A DNA stretch of 64,000 nt, taken from contig JAUCBJ010005651.1 in the NCBI GenBank assembly GCA_032718475.1, positions 4,679 to 68,678 on the forward strand. Direction: 5' to 3'. The position numbers and the translations under genes are program-made. The stretch is from Nemertoderma westbladi (lineage: Eukaryota; Animalia; Xenacoelomorpha). Positions 1 through 12,185 of the stretch are shown here, piece by piece; position 1 is the stretch's first letter, and each line of letters opens with the position of its first letter. The notes under the pieces are model-generated. The model did not search any database. It worked only from the letters and a program-made list of their open reading frames with translations, and was not told the DNA's origin.

Positions 1-1603
1 GGTGGAATGTTCTTTTACGTCTACTTAGACGAGATCTATTTCCCTTGCCTTCAGTATCGGTGGTATCGCCTTCCTCAGATGATGTATATCCCTGTCTTTT
101 GGGAGTAGATCGATTCATCATCTGCATATTACTAGCTGTTAACTGTTTATTTATGCAGTCTTGATTCTCCTGAATGTTTTCCAATTCTAATTGGGTGGTT
201 TCTTCAGTCGCTCTCCGTTCTGCTTCTGCCACTGCCTCTGCCGCTTTTCTTTCCGCTTCGGCCGCTGCCATTGCCGCCTTTCTTTCTGCTTCTGCCGCCT
301 TTGCCTCTGCCGCTGCCTTTGCCGCTGCCGCTGCCGCTTTTCTTTCAGCTTCGGCCGCTTTTGCCTCTGCCGCTGCCTCTGCCGCTGCTGCTTTTCTTTC
401 TGCTTCTGCAGCTACCACTGCTGCTTTCTTTCTGTCTTCTATGCGTTTTTTCTTTACTTGTTCTTCTTGGACTCATGTCAGGCGGAGTTGTTCATCAAAT
501 TTAGCCTGATTCGCAGCCCTCATTTCCACATCGATGGCATCCAACACAAGCTTGGTTCCTTCACTATTAGGGCTAAGTCCCTCTAACCTTCTCCTCAACT
601 CGTCATCACCTAAAAAACGTTGATAGTCTGACAGATAGATGTCAATGGCATCCCTCTTATGCGGTTTCTCTGCCGTCGCTTCACTTTCCTCTTGGGAAAA
701 AGTAGCGTCTGTTGATTCTCCATGGGTTGAGCGCTCCTCCAGCTGAGCTTTCCACTGAGCTGTTCCTTGAACCTGGAGACTCACCCTTTGAAACCAAGTC
801 TTTACGGCAACTTGCAACGACGTGTCTTGCCTTCGTTTAGAAGCCTCCTCAAAGGCCGATAATATTAGCCTGATTCGTAGAATTCTTTCTCTAACTTGAT
901 AAAGCAGTTGTCTCTGCTCTTGAGGTCCTTGTGGTTGTTGAAACAGTTGTCCTTTTACTCGCTCCATAGAGCTGAAGAATCCCTGTGCGTATCCGGCTGC
1001 GGACCTCTTCCACACAGCTGGATCGATGGTTTCCTTGGCTACTCCCATCCGGTGTATGTCTTCCCAGGCAGCTTCTGATAAATCAAACGGGAGTCCGGGT
1101 CCGGGGAAGTTCCATTGCGACTCGACCATGGACTTCAGTTCTTCCCTTGTGTATCCAGCATAACTATCTCTAGTTGAACGCTGGCTTCTCGCCCAATCGA
1201 TCTGGTGTTCTTCCACAGCGATCAATAACCTAGTGAGTAAGGCTGCAGGAAGGATGAGAAGGGGATCCGAATAAACCGCATCCATCATCTTTGCTCCGCG
1301 TTCTGGTGTCAGTTCTACAGTATCCTCACTACTGGAGCTGTTGGGCCGTTGAGAAGTAAGTTCTTGGCTCGCGGGTTGTTGCTGTTCCGCTGCTTCTTGG
1401 TCCCGCTTGACCTGAGCTCGAGTGCCTATGATAGACCTACGATGTTGGACCAGCCTAGGTTCTTTTATTACTACTGGAGGGATGACCTTCCTCACAGTGG
1501 GAGGTGAACTGAACTTACGACTAGACGGTTCTACGCCTCTATCTGAGTCGCAGATAGTTACATCTAATAAACTGTCTGACAGGTTCTGTTTAGTATCAGA
1601 CAT
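1..1603 (-). CDS. Unassigned ORF (376 aa to TGA at 473-475, then ~157 further open in-frame codons to the window edge), Ala/Glu/Lys-rich coiled coil; possibly ORF1/gag-like protein of a mobile element
   Basis: ORF track 473..1603. Manual translation past the TGA gives VQEEQVKKKRIEDRKKAAVVAAEAERKAAAAEAAAEAKAAEAERK...RRKRTFH with no further stop. No domain recognised; TE origin is inference from the long repeat-laden upstream leader. Confidence 0.45.
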
Positions 1604-1689
1604 GTTTATGTGTAAAGTTGAATGTCTACTGCTGTATTACAGTCTGAGCAAGTCTAGTAACTCAGTATTAACTGATAGCCTAGTAATTA

Positions 1690-1980
1690 ATTACCGGTAC
1701 TGCTACTCAGTGTAGCGTGATATATATAATATATTAGAATACCGGTATGCTTATAGTATATATAACTATTATTACAGACTAGGTTTATCACAGAATACCG
1801 GTATAATTTTAGCACAAATATATATAAATATATAATAGGCCTATCGGAATACCGGTATACAGCTTACAGTTTGTAGTATATATAATTCTGGACTAGAATT
1901 AATTACAAGTACCGGTATAATTTCAGCCTAAGTTTATAGAAATAAAGATAATAAGCCTATTGTAAATACCGGTATATCAA
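1690..1980. repeat. Degenerate ~56-bp tandem repeat with TACCGGTA core
   Basis: (A/G)TACCGGTAT at ~1739, 1795, 1849, 1909, 1966 with similar AT-rich spacers. Confidence 0.6.
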
Positions 1981-2914
1981 TTATTTTAAATAACTGAATT
2001 TCTGAATTTCAAGGGTTACTTGGTTACTTTACTTACTTTATTACCGTTATTTGAGCAGTAATCCAACTTATATTGAGACCTAATGGTTGTATGGTAGGCC
2101 TACTATTTATAAATCGTTAGATTTGATTTATAATATATATATACCCGTTTTAATGGGTTTTGTCAATGTTTGAAATAAATGTTATTATTTCTGGGGAGTA
2201 ATCACTACACAAAGCGGTGCGCTTTCCGTGAAGTGTTACTTATAGGACACTAAAACAAATAATGCTAATTTACCTAAGTTACTTAATACTACAAATTACG
2301 TACAATTCGGGTGAGATTACAATCTCTAAATAAACACAAAAATTTACAAAAACACAAAATACGAATTTTTAGGGTAATTTTACAAGAAGTCTACAAACCA
2401 GCCTAACAAAGGGTTAGAAATCTGGTTATTACAACGGACAGGGTACTGCGGTATTTGAAAATAATACGTAGTAGTAAATACACTGCGTTGTCCAGATAGG
2501 AAAATACCACCGCCTGACGACCTATAGCCGTATCGCTATAGGTTCTACGTTATGTATCACGGAGTGTTCCTACCTAGAAGTTAATAGAGCTAATCGAACG
2601 TGCCTATCAACCACTTTACAACACAAATATAATGCCTACACTAATTACTCTCGGAAAGCACTGTACACTAAACCCTAAATTAGGTACGAGTACTTGTACA
2701 ACAGATAATCAGTAGTTAAATATACTTGAACAGCTAAAAGAACCACGGCATCTGCTGGAGTGACCAGTGTACAAAATCACCAGTCTTTACCTACGCCAAG
2801 CAGCCCGTGTAGTACCGGGGTTAATTTAACTATAGCGGTATGTATAACAAACACAATTACTGTAGGAACAAACTTGGGGAATGAATGTTGCGAATAATCG
2901 CATAAACTCTGGTT

Positions 2915-3488
2915 AATAAATATTACGCTACGCGTACAAACCACTCAAACAAAATGCAGACCAAATACCGACAGACTACCATCAAGCCTAAATAAACTAC
3001 AGGACATGCAGACTCCGAAATGATTAGGTAGTATGCGTTCTAACCCAGTAGTACGACTTATTCTTTAGTTGGGGGTTTACCTTACAGCATTCGCTGCCCC
3101 TACTTCCTAACCATTCTTTATCGGACAAGTGATCTACACACGCTGCAATCCGTTCAGACCTAACAACAGCCAGACAACTATCCAGCCTACAAATTATCTA
3201 AATAAATATTATACGCTACCCGTACAGACTTACACAAACAAAGTACAGACTAAACGATGGCAGACTACTCTCAAGCCTAAATAAACTACAGGACATGCAG
3301 ACTCCGAAATGATTAGGTAGTATGCGTTCTAACCCAGTAGTACGACTTATTCTTTAGTTGGGGGTTTACCTTACAGCATTCGCTGCCCCTACTTCCTAAC
3401 CGTTCTTTATCGGACAGGTGATCTACACACACTGCAATCCGTTCAGACTTAACAGCAATCAGACAACAGCTCAGCCTACAAATTGTCT
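2915..3488. repeat. Tandem duplication of a ~290-bp unit (2 copies)
   Basis: caagcctaaataaactacaggacatgcagactccgaaatgattagg...cagcctacaaatt occurs at ~2983-3195 and ~3272-3484, near-identical in the core. Confidence 0.9.
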
Positions 3489-3664
3489 GTACAATCCGAT
3501 CAGGCTTACACGCCTTCTGTTCAATACTGGCCTACAAATAAATAAAACTGACAGAAATAGGCCTAAGTAAAATCCCAATAAAAACCAGGCGTCCCCGATT
3601 AATTATTAAGACCTACCGGCTTATATTAATCAAAATCGAATAATACTGCTGTACCTGTACTGTA

Positions 3665-3810
3665 AGTACCGGTTCGGACAGTTGGGCCTACGGACGTACA
3701 GAAGTACCGGTTCTGGCAGTTGGACCTACGGGCCTACAGCAGTACCGGTTCTGGCAGTTGGGCCTACTGACCTACAGATGTACCGTTCAGGTTTACCGGT
3801 TGACCGGTAC
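3665..3810. repeat. Short ~38-bp tandem repeat (agtaccggttctggcagttgggcctac...)
   Basis: Three copies at ~3665, 3703, 3741 plus a degenerate fourth. Confidence 0.75.
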
Positions 3811-5251
3811 TCCCAACTTTATTGCTTACTGCAATAAAGAAGCAATATCCGTTATTGTTCGCGCTTTCAGACCTTTGGCAGTTTAACCCGCCAAATTATG
3901 ATGTCTTCTAGATAATAAATCACCTTTAGCCTATGACAAGTATTTAATTCACTACACTAGTCGAAACCAATCTGTGCGCGATCATTCACCCGCTGGATAT
4001 ACCCGGGAGATTGGGTTCGACGGCTTAATCTTATTGCTATGTAAGCCTAATGTATTATTCGACTGACAGTATTATATAATCTCTGACAATATTATTCACC
4101 TTCGGGGAATATTAACAGTTCCTTTAGGACGTGGCGCTCTATCTATATAAATAGAGTTATGACTTAAACTACTCACAACGATATGGCTTAGTTATAATTC
4201 ACATATATGGCGCATTCTTTAGGAAATGCTTCGTTATCAGTCTCACTCATACACAATGCTGCACAATACTGCACACTGATCTGCCGATCTTCACTGATTT
4301 TAGTTATATATAAAAGGAACACGGACTGACTCATGTAGGGTCTATCAAATAACATTAGATTCACTTCAAACCACTTTAACATAAGTCACAATCGTTATAT
4401 GTAACCTTTCTCTCTTACCTTCGGTATATCAAGAATATTGGGTTTCGGGGTTATTTATCGTTATTCCAAATATAATAATTCATCAACCATATTATGAAGA
4501 ACTGACAGTAAATAGCAGTATAACAATATAAAAGTATGCACAGTGATTCAGTGTGTGTTAAGTTTGATTGTTTGGTTCATTAGTTTGCCAGTTTGATTTG
4601 ATAACGGATATATGTCCTTATAATTAAGCCTACTAGTGTTCGACTAAAGCAGAAAAGCACAAAATATTTCCAAGCCGTTCTCTCCTGGCTTAGGAAAGAA
4701 AGACCAACAACACTGAAAACTGATAAGAATAACCTTATTTACAAAGGCTTCCACCCAACACAGAGAAAGAGCATACAGATAGGAAAATTCAGTTCAGTAG
4801 ATCTGTGATAGGCCGAAATCAAAATCAACTCAAATCTTATTGGCAGATACTTTCTCAAGATGGTTGGACAATCAAACGTAGCCCAGATCCCTGCGCACAG
4901 CAAATCAGCCAATCAGCCGGTAGCTTGCACTATTCGAGTTATAGATCCCTTTTGAGAGTATTCTAGCGCCTGGGGGGAACTGGTTAGCAAGGCAAACGAA
5001 TCAGTTATCCCACAAAAGCTTTTACAAACTGCCTATTATAATTTATTTATAAACTTCCAGTTTTGGGGTGATTGTTAGAAAACCCTAATAAAAAACTAAA
5101 AAATTTAACACTAAAGCCAGCACTATTTTTGGATTCTCTATATTTCAGAAAGTCTGAATTTCTTAATTAATAATGGGAGGTATTAAAGAAGGAATTAATT
5201 AAGTATTCATTAAGGAGGTATTAAATTTTACGGCTTATTTAAAGAACACGA

Positions 5252-5897
5252 TATGTACAGTACCTACAACTACAACTACATGTACATGTACAGTACCTAC
5301 AACTACAACTACATGTACAGTACCTACAACTACAACTACATGTACATGTACAGTACCTACAACTACAACTACTGTACATGTACATGTACAGTACCTACAA
5401 CTACAACTACATGTACATGTACAGTACCTACAACTACAACTACATGTACATGTACAGTACCTACAACTACAACTACATGTACATGTACAGTACCTACAAC
5501 TACAACTACTGTACATGTACATGTACAGTACCTACAACTACATGTACATGTACAGTACCTACAACTACAACTACATGTACATGTACAGTACCTACAACTA
5601 CAACTACATGTACATGTACAGTACCTACAACTACAACTACATGTACATGTACAGTACCTACAACTACAACTACTGTACATGTACATGTACAGTACCTACA
5701 ACTACAACTACATGTACATGTAAAGTACCTACAACTACAACTACTGTACATGTACATGTACAGTACCTACAACTACATGTACATGTACAGTACCTACAAC
5801 TACAACTACTGTACATGTACATGTACAGTACCTACAACTACAACTACATGTACATGTACAGTACCTACAACTACAACTACATGTACGTACATGTACA
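5252..5897. repeat. Minisatellite, 30-bp unit CATGTACATGTACAGTACCTACAACTACAACTA-type with 24/35-bp length variants
   Basis: Directly visible tandem array built from (CATGTA)n and (ACAACT)n hexamers. Confidence 0.95.
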
Positions 5898-6175
5898 ACC
5901 TGACTGGCGAAATATATAAATATAAACTAATGAGAAACCAGCCTTCTTTCAAATAGTAACTGCACTCGGTCCCTGCATTTACTTATGTGATGTTTCAAAG
6001 TTGCCGGCGCTAAGACGTGCCCTTGAGTTGAACGGACACCCCTCCAAATTCATACGATATGGCTGTGCGATATGTTTCATGCGATATGGCTGTGCACTCT
6101 ACTCTAAGTAGGGTGGGTGGTCCAAAAAAACTTTTGTAGAATTTTAACTCATTTCGCCCATTTTCAATTCATTCA

Positions 6176-7590
6176 TTTGTTCCTCAGTCAGTTTACCCGC
6201 GGCCCTAACCTTTGTTCCTCAGTCAGTTTACCCTCTTCCCTAACTTTTGTTCCTCAGTCAGTTTACCCGCTGCCCTAACTTTTGTTCCTCAGTAAGTTTA
6301 CCCGCTGCCCTAACTTTTGTTCCTCAGTCAGTTGACCCACGGCCCTAACCTTGTTCCTCAGTCAGTTTACCCTCTGCCCTAACTTTTGTTCCTCAGTCAG
6401 TTGACCCGCGGCCCTAACCTTGTTCCTCAGTCAGTTTACCCTCTGCCCTAACCTTTGTTCCTCAGTCAGTTTACCCGCTGTCCTAATTCTTGTTCCTCAG
6501 TCAGTTTACCCGCTGCCCTAACTTTTGTTCCTCAGTGAGTTTACCTGCTTCCCTAACTTTTGTTCCTCAGTCAGTTTACCCGCTGCCCTAACTTTTGTTC
6601 CTCAGTCAGTTTACCCGCTGCCCTAACCTTTGTTCCTCAGTCAGTTTACCCTCTGCCCTAACCTTTGTTCCTCAGTCAGTTTACCCGCTGCCCTAACTTT
6701 TGTTCCTCAGTCAGTTTACACGCTGCCCTTTTGTTCCTCAGTCAGTTTACCCGCTGCTCTAACTTTTGTTGTTCCTCAGTCAGTTTACCCTCTGCCCTAA
6801 CCTTTGTTCCTAAGTCAGTTTACCCTCTGCCCTAACTTTTGTTCCTCAGTCAATTTACCCTCTGCCCTAACCTTTGTTCCTCAGTCAGTTTACCCGCTGC
6901 CTTCACTTTTGTTCCTCAGTAAGTTTACCCTCTGCCCTAACCTTTGTTCCTCAGTCAGTTTACCCGCTGCCCTAACTTTTGTTCCTCAGTCAGTTTACCC
7001 GCTGCCCTAACTTTTGTTCCTCAGTAAGTTTACCCGCTGCCCTAACTTTTGTTCCTCAGTCAGTTTACCCTCTGCCCTAACCTTTGTTCCTCAGTCAGTT
7101 TACCCGCTGCCTTCACTTTTGTTCCTCAGTCAATTTACCCTCTGCCCTAACCTTTGTTCCTCAGTCAGTTTACCCGCTGCCTTCACTTTTGTTCCTCAGT
7201 AATTTACCCTCTGCCCTAACCTTTGTTCCTCAGTCAGTTTACCAGCTGCCCTAACCTTTGTTCCTCAGTCAGTTTACCCGCTGCTCTAACCTTTGTTCCT
7301 CAGTCAGTTTACCCGCGGTCCTAACCTTGTTCCTCAGTCAGTTTACCCTCTGCCCTAACCTTTGTTCCTCAGTCAGTTTACCCGCTGCCCTCACTTTTGT
7401 TCCTAAGTCAGTTTAGCCGCTGCCCTAACCTTTGTTCCTCAGTCAGTTTACCCGCTGCCCTAAACTTTGTTCCTCAGTCAGTTTACCCGCTGTTCTAACT
7501 TTTGTTCCTCAGTCAGTTTACCAGCTGCCTACTAGTTTAACCGTGCGGTCCTAACCTTTTTGTTCCTCAGTTAGTTTAACCGCGGTCCTA
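6176..7590. repeat. Minisatellite, ~35-bp unit TTTGTTCCTCAGTCAGTTTACCC(G/T)CTGCCCTAAC(C/T)
   Basis: About 40 tandem copies, degenerating at the right end. Confidence 0.95.
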
Positions 7591-8571
7591 ACAACAATTA
7601 ATTACTTCGCGGCCTACAAACAAACCTACAACACAATAATCTCAGCGCAACATCATAGACAATACAAAAATTAATCTATGCAAATAAATCCCTAAAACAG
7701 CAATAAATAATATACTGTAGTATATAAAACTATGAGATGTAAATAAACGTACATATTGATAATACTGTATAATACCAAAATAATACATAAACCGACCGAC
7801 ACATTCCGAAACACCAAAAATATAAATTAATACAAAAGGATATAAAATACTATAAATCAGGATCATCATCCCAGAATTAGCACCCGCAGAGCGTGTCCAA
7901 AGCAAAAACCCACGGTAAACTTACCTCTTCAATGTCACTGTTTAAGTTATTGTATTTATACCACAACACGTTAACCGAATATGGGAGATATGGTCGCTTT
8001 GATAGATATTTTTTCGGACATTTCAAATATCCCCTTTAGAGTCAATTTGCTTCGGCTAATTGACAATATATGGGACAAACTTGAACTTACTGTAGGGCCT
8101 ACATACTACAGTATGTCCAACATTAAATGACTTCCCGTCCCATATTATGAAAATCATAATTTTTGTAACCAAATATGGGACACTAATTTGTTTTAAAGAA
8201 ATTGTTCCATACATAGTTTCTAGCACTTCAAATGGGTGCAATGATTCGTAAATATATAGTTACTATAATATGATTGTAATAATTTATCCAAATATTTACC
8301 ACTGCTTAAGTGCATGTCACATTAAACTAGGTGTTTCAAGAAACAGTCACATATTTTGGTGAATGAGGGTACAACAACACAAATCCACTACTCACAATTC
8401 CCAAAACGGTACTTAATGCAAATGTGATATGTCTATCTTATCACAGACAAACAGAATCACTAAAGTACGAACTGTACTAAATACGAATTTATGTACGAAT
8501 TGATGTATTGTACTGTAGGTAAGTACCGTTCGGTAGGTCAGTAGGTCTACCTCTGCTCTGATAATAGGAAA

Positions 8572-10125
8572 ATGGAGCAGGCTCAATTATTGGAACGAGA
8601 ATTGGAATGTCCAATCTGTCTACAATTGTTGCAGAAGCCAAGAGTGCTGAACTGCTCCCATTCCTTCTGCTTCAAATGTATCGTTAAAGTATCTAAACAA
8701 TGCGGTGATGCAGTTTCAATAGAATGTCCTCAGTGTCGCAATACCACCGAGGTGAAGAAACTTGAAAATTTGCCTGCCAATTATATTGCGCGTTCTATAA
8801 TCGATGTGATTCAAACGGGAAAAACCTGCGGAGTATGTCAAAAGAATAAAGGCACGAATCCCTGCAAAGATTGCGGCAACGAACTTTGCAGAAAATGCGA
8901 ACTTTATCACGTCTGTGAAGATAACACGCTCAATTTAGCTGCAGCTGGTGAACAGACGGAAAGCGGTCCTGATAGCATCGAACTAGAGAAACAAGGTGCT
9001 GTTGGTGATAATAAAAGCAATCCCGAAGCTAAGAAATTATTAAAGAATTGCAATGAAATCGAGCAGCGGATGTCTGAGGTTGAATTAGATGGTTGCGATA
9101 ATATAGTAAAAAGCAGCGATGGAGGAGAGAAGGCGGAGGTTCCAATAGAAGAAGTGGATGTGGTAGAGCGGTTTAATCTTTTCCAATACGAGAAGAGATT
9201 ATTAGATGATCCGAAACTAGTAGAAACATGTAGGATTGACTGCCGGCAGGCTGGAATAAGAAAAGTCGGGGCCATTGGTGGTGGTTGTGGGAGAACCCTG
9301 CTGATTTCCGACTCCATAACCAACCTGCTTCGGGTCTACTGGCTGAACAGCGGCGAGGATTCGATCTCTTTAAAATTAGATCCGGTGATTCTACAATCCG
9401 ACTGCAACGCAGCAAAGAAGGAGATCAAGTTCTTAGAGAGTTGCTCAGATAAAATCTGGATGGCGGCAACAGATGAGTGTGTTTTTATTATAGACACAAA
9501 GGAATCAATTTTTAAGGATCCTCGAGACAGAGTTAAACATGTTTGTCTCGGCAATGAGAACGGCTCTATAGTCGGTCTTTATCCATATTCTCGGCCTTAT
9601 GTACTAACGAACCAGAAGAAATTAATTGAATTAGACTTTTGGTCGGATGGGCCTATCCGTATCCAATCAATATCCTTTCTAGATCAAACCGGAGAAATTC
9701 TTAACGCATGTACTCTTGGATCCTTATTAGTATTCGCATTCTTTCAAGAAGAGGAATACGAATTATCAATCTGTAGCTATAAGAATGGATACAGGAGCCC
9801 TAACAACAACACCCTCACATTGAAAGCGACGCGATCCATTCTAGATTGCGGGAACGCCGTCCCTATTAAGGGAGCCATAGTCGAACGGGTGTGGGATGGA
9901 AACAGGGTGTTGTATTACTTAGTTCCTCTAGAAGAAGATAACAAACAGTATCTTGGAGTTTACAGACGAGTTAGAGGCGCTGGGAAACTACGCCGATTGG
10001 CCACCGTGCCGGTAGACGGGTTCGGTGGCGTGGCTGCAGTTGAGAGGGGTTCGGTCCTTTCTCTTGGATTCTTTATGTATGAAACTGGGACTGAGAGCCT
10101 ACTTTATATGACGCTGAAAGACTAA
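8572..10125 (+). CDS. RING-finger (C3HC4) + B-box-like TRIM-type E3 ubiquitin ligase, single exon, divergent C-terminal domain
   Basis: LECPIC...LNCSHSFCFKC...IECPQCR RING followed by LPANY; CGVC...PCKDC...LCRKC..H B-box-like; 517-aa uninterrupted ORF; AATAAA at ~10344. Confidence 0.8.
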   Translation: MEQAQLLERELECPICLQLLQKPRVLNCSHSFCFKCIVKVSKQCGDAVSIECPQCRNTTEVKKLENLPANYIARSIIDVIQTGKTCGVCQKNKGTNPCKDCGNELCRKCELYHVCEDNTLNLAAAGEQTESGPDSIELEKQGAVGDNKSNPEAKKLLKNCNEIEQRMSEVELDGCDNIVKSSDGGEKAEVPIEEVDVVERFNLFQYEKRLLDDPKLVETCRIDCRQAGIRKVGAIGGGCGRTLLISDSITNLLRVYWLNSGEDSISLKLDPVILQSDCNAAKKEIKFLESCSDKIWMAATDECVFIIDTKESIFKDPRDRVKHVCLGNENGSIVGLYPYSRPYVLTNQKKLIELDFWSDGPIRIQSISFLDQTGEILNACTLGSLLVFAFFQEEEYELSICSYKNGYRSPNNNTLTLKATRSILDCGNAVPIKGAIVERVWDGNRVLYYLVPLEEDNKQYLGVYRRVRGAGKLRRLATVPVDGFGGVAAVERGSVLSLGFFMYETGTESLLYMTLKD

Positions 10126-11819
10126 CAGATTAGCTTCAATCAATATGTTTGTGTCTCGGAGTAGCCCCACCAGGATGTATTATTATATTAAAGTATAACA
10201 GATGGCGGTTTTTTTTCAGTATTGTTTTGATGTTTATGTAAATAGGCTTACAGTACAAACAAACAGAAACAGTGATCTTAGTATAGTAGCAACTACATAT
10301 CCCAGCAATGCAATAATAGTAACAGTAAATAAACGTGGAATGCAATAAAAATGATATATACTAACAGTTGTGTACGAATATGTTATTTTGTTTAAAGTTT
10401 AACTATGCCTATATTTATTGATTCTTGTCTACAGCAATAATGGTAACATTTAATATAGTAGTAGCATTGTGTTTAAATTGTACTTAATGCATATCATGCT
10501 TATCGGCGATGTAATAAAGTTGGTAAAATTGGTAGTATTAAATTGGTACAATATTGAGTACTTAGTGATGGAGTGCAATAGAGAAGTCACATATTGTAAA
10601 TGTTGTGCGCTTTACCTTTATATGCTTTTGTTATAATTTGATTTTTTTTTAATAGAAAGTAAATATAAGTTGTTTAATCCGTTAGCTGCTGTGCTTACAT
10701 TTATTTTGCTTTGTTATCATTATTTGGTTTATTTTGAGAAGTAGTTTGTAAAAGTTGTTTCCCCTGTTTATCATTTTTATAGATGGAGAGCTTATACTTT
10801 AAGTTTGTTTAGTTTTCTCCTATTAATTATAGTGAGTATTATTGTGGTATTTTCTGTTTAGGCCATCATCTTATAGCTGCATACTACTTACTGTAAAGCA
10901 TATATACGTATTGTGTTATAATAGTCCTACTTGCTTTCTTTTCTCTTATGATTATTATTTTACTTTCAGTAAAATTATATTTGGAAGATAGTATGAGCTC
11001 TTTGTGATGAACCTATAATTATATTTGGAAGTTAATTTCAAGATCACTGTCGTTTTCCCAAACAATGACACTCTTTTTCACAAAGAACAAGTTCCCAATT
11101 GGTTTGATATGATACAGTTCTGATGCAAAATATCATCAATTTGAATAAAATTGACCACGCAAATTTTGTTCATGTCCAGACTGCTTTAATGATGACGTCA
11201 TCGTTGCCTGTAGAGTGTTTCGTTCTGCAGAACGATATATAGATGGTCCCGTGTTCTCCAGTTCAGTTTGGAAGCGGGCCGCTCAACCCAACCGCCATCA
11301 CATTATGCGCTTTACATCGCACGGTTTACATGACCTTATATTCATAAATTCGGCAACTTTCTTATTCTTTTCTCTATTGCTGACATTGCGACTTGCTCTG
11401 CGATGGGTACCACGCCCTCCTCAGTTGTCCCCATTGTCAGTCTATTACAGCTGTATTACACTATGTATTACATTGACGTATTACAGCTAAAGGAACTACT
11501 CTATGTGAAGAACAAAAATGAAATCAAACTCCTTGCTTGGTTTGCCTTACATTGAAGAACATTTTTATTATAAAGGATCCAGACTATCCTAAGCACCGCA
11601 TTGTTGCAACCCACTATTCCAAGGTTCTTCTGCTAGTTCTAGGAGGGTTATGCGGCGGTAAACACAGCAGTTTCCGCTAGCCTACTACCGGGAGCCAAAT
11701 ATGTATTTTACTATTGTAACCTTTAACTATCCTATTGTTACCTTTGATGCGGAATCCTCATACAGGATCGATTCCGGCCATCCGGATTGAGATGGGACCA
11801 ACGTTTCGCACCGCATGAC

Positions 11820-12185
11820 GAGACATTGATCTAGGCATATCGCACTGCGAGATCTCGGCATATCGCTCTACGAGATCTCGGCATATCGCACTGTGAGTTG
11901 GGACCAAGGTCTCGCGACACAAGACGAGACGCCTATCTCGGCATATCGCACTGTGAGATATCGGCATATCGCAATGCTATAGATATCGGCATATCGCACT
12001 GCTAGATCTCGGCATTACGCACTGCGAGATCTCGGCATATCGCAATGCTATAGATCTCGGCATATCGCACTGCGAGATCTCGACATTACGCACTGCGAGA
12101 TCTCGGCATATCGTACTGTGAGTTGGGACCAAGGTCTCGCGACACACGACGAGACTCCAATCTCGGCATATCGCACTGCTAGATG
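11820..12185. repeat. Minisatellite ~23-bp unit GAGATCTCGGCATATCGCACTGC with a duplicated insert
   Basis: About 12 copies; gtgagttgggaccaaggtctcgcgacac occurs at ~11893 and ~12118. Confidence 0.85.

Noticed and set aside
174-586. Plus-strand Ala-, Cys- and Pro/Leu-rich ORFs
   Set aside because: Reverse-strand shadows of the minus-strand AEAERKAAA repeat.
3580-3605. Possible primer-binding site (minus strand TCGGGGACGCCTGG) for an LTR element
   Set aside because: Lacks the canonical TGG after a CA LTR end, and no second LTR is in the window.
5235-5956. ORFs encoding CTCTVPTTTT / VHVHV / MYMY repeats
   Set aside because: Artefacts of a hexamer-based minisatellite open in several frames.
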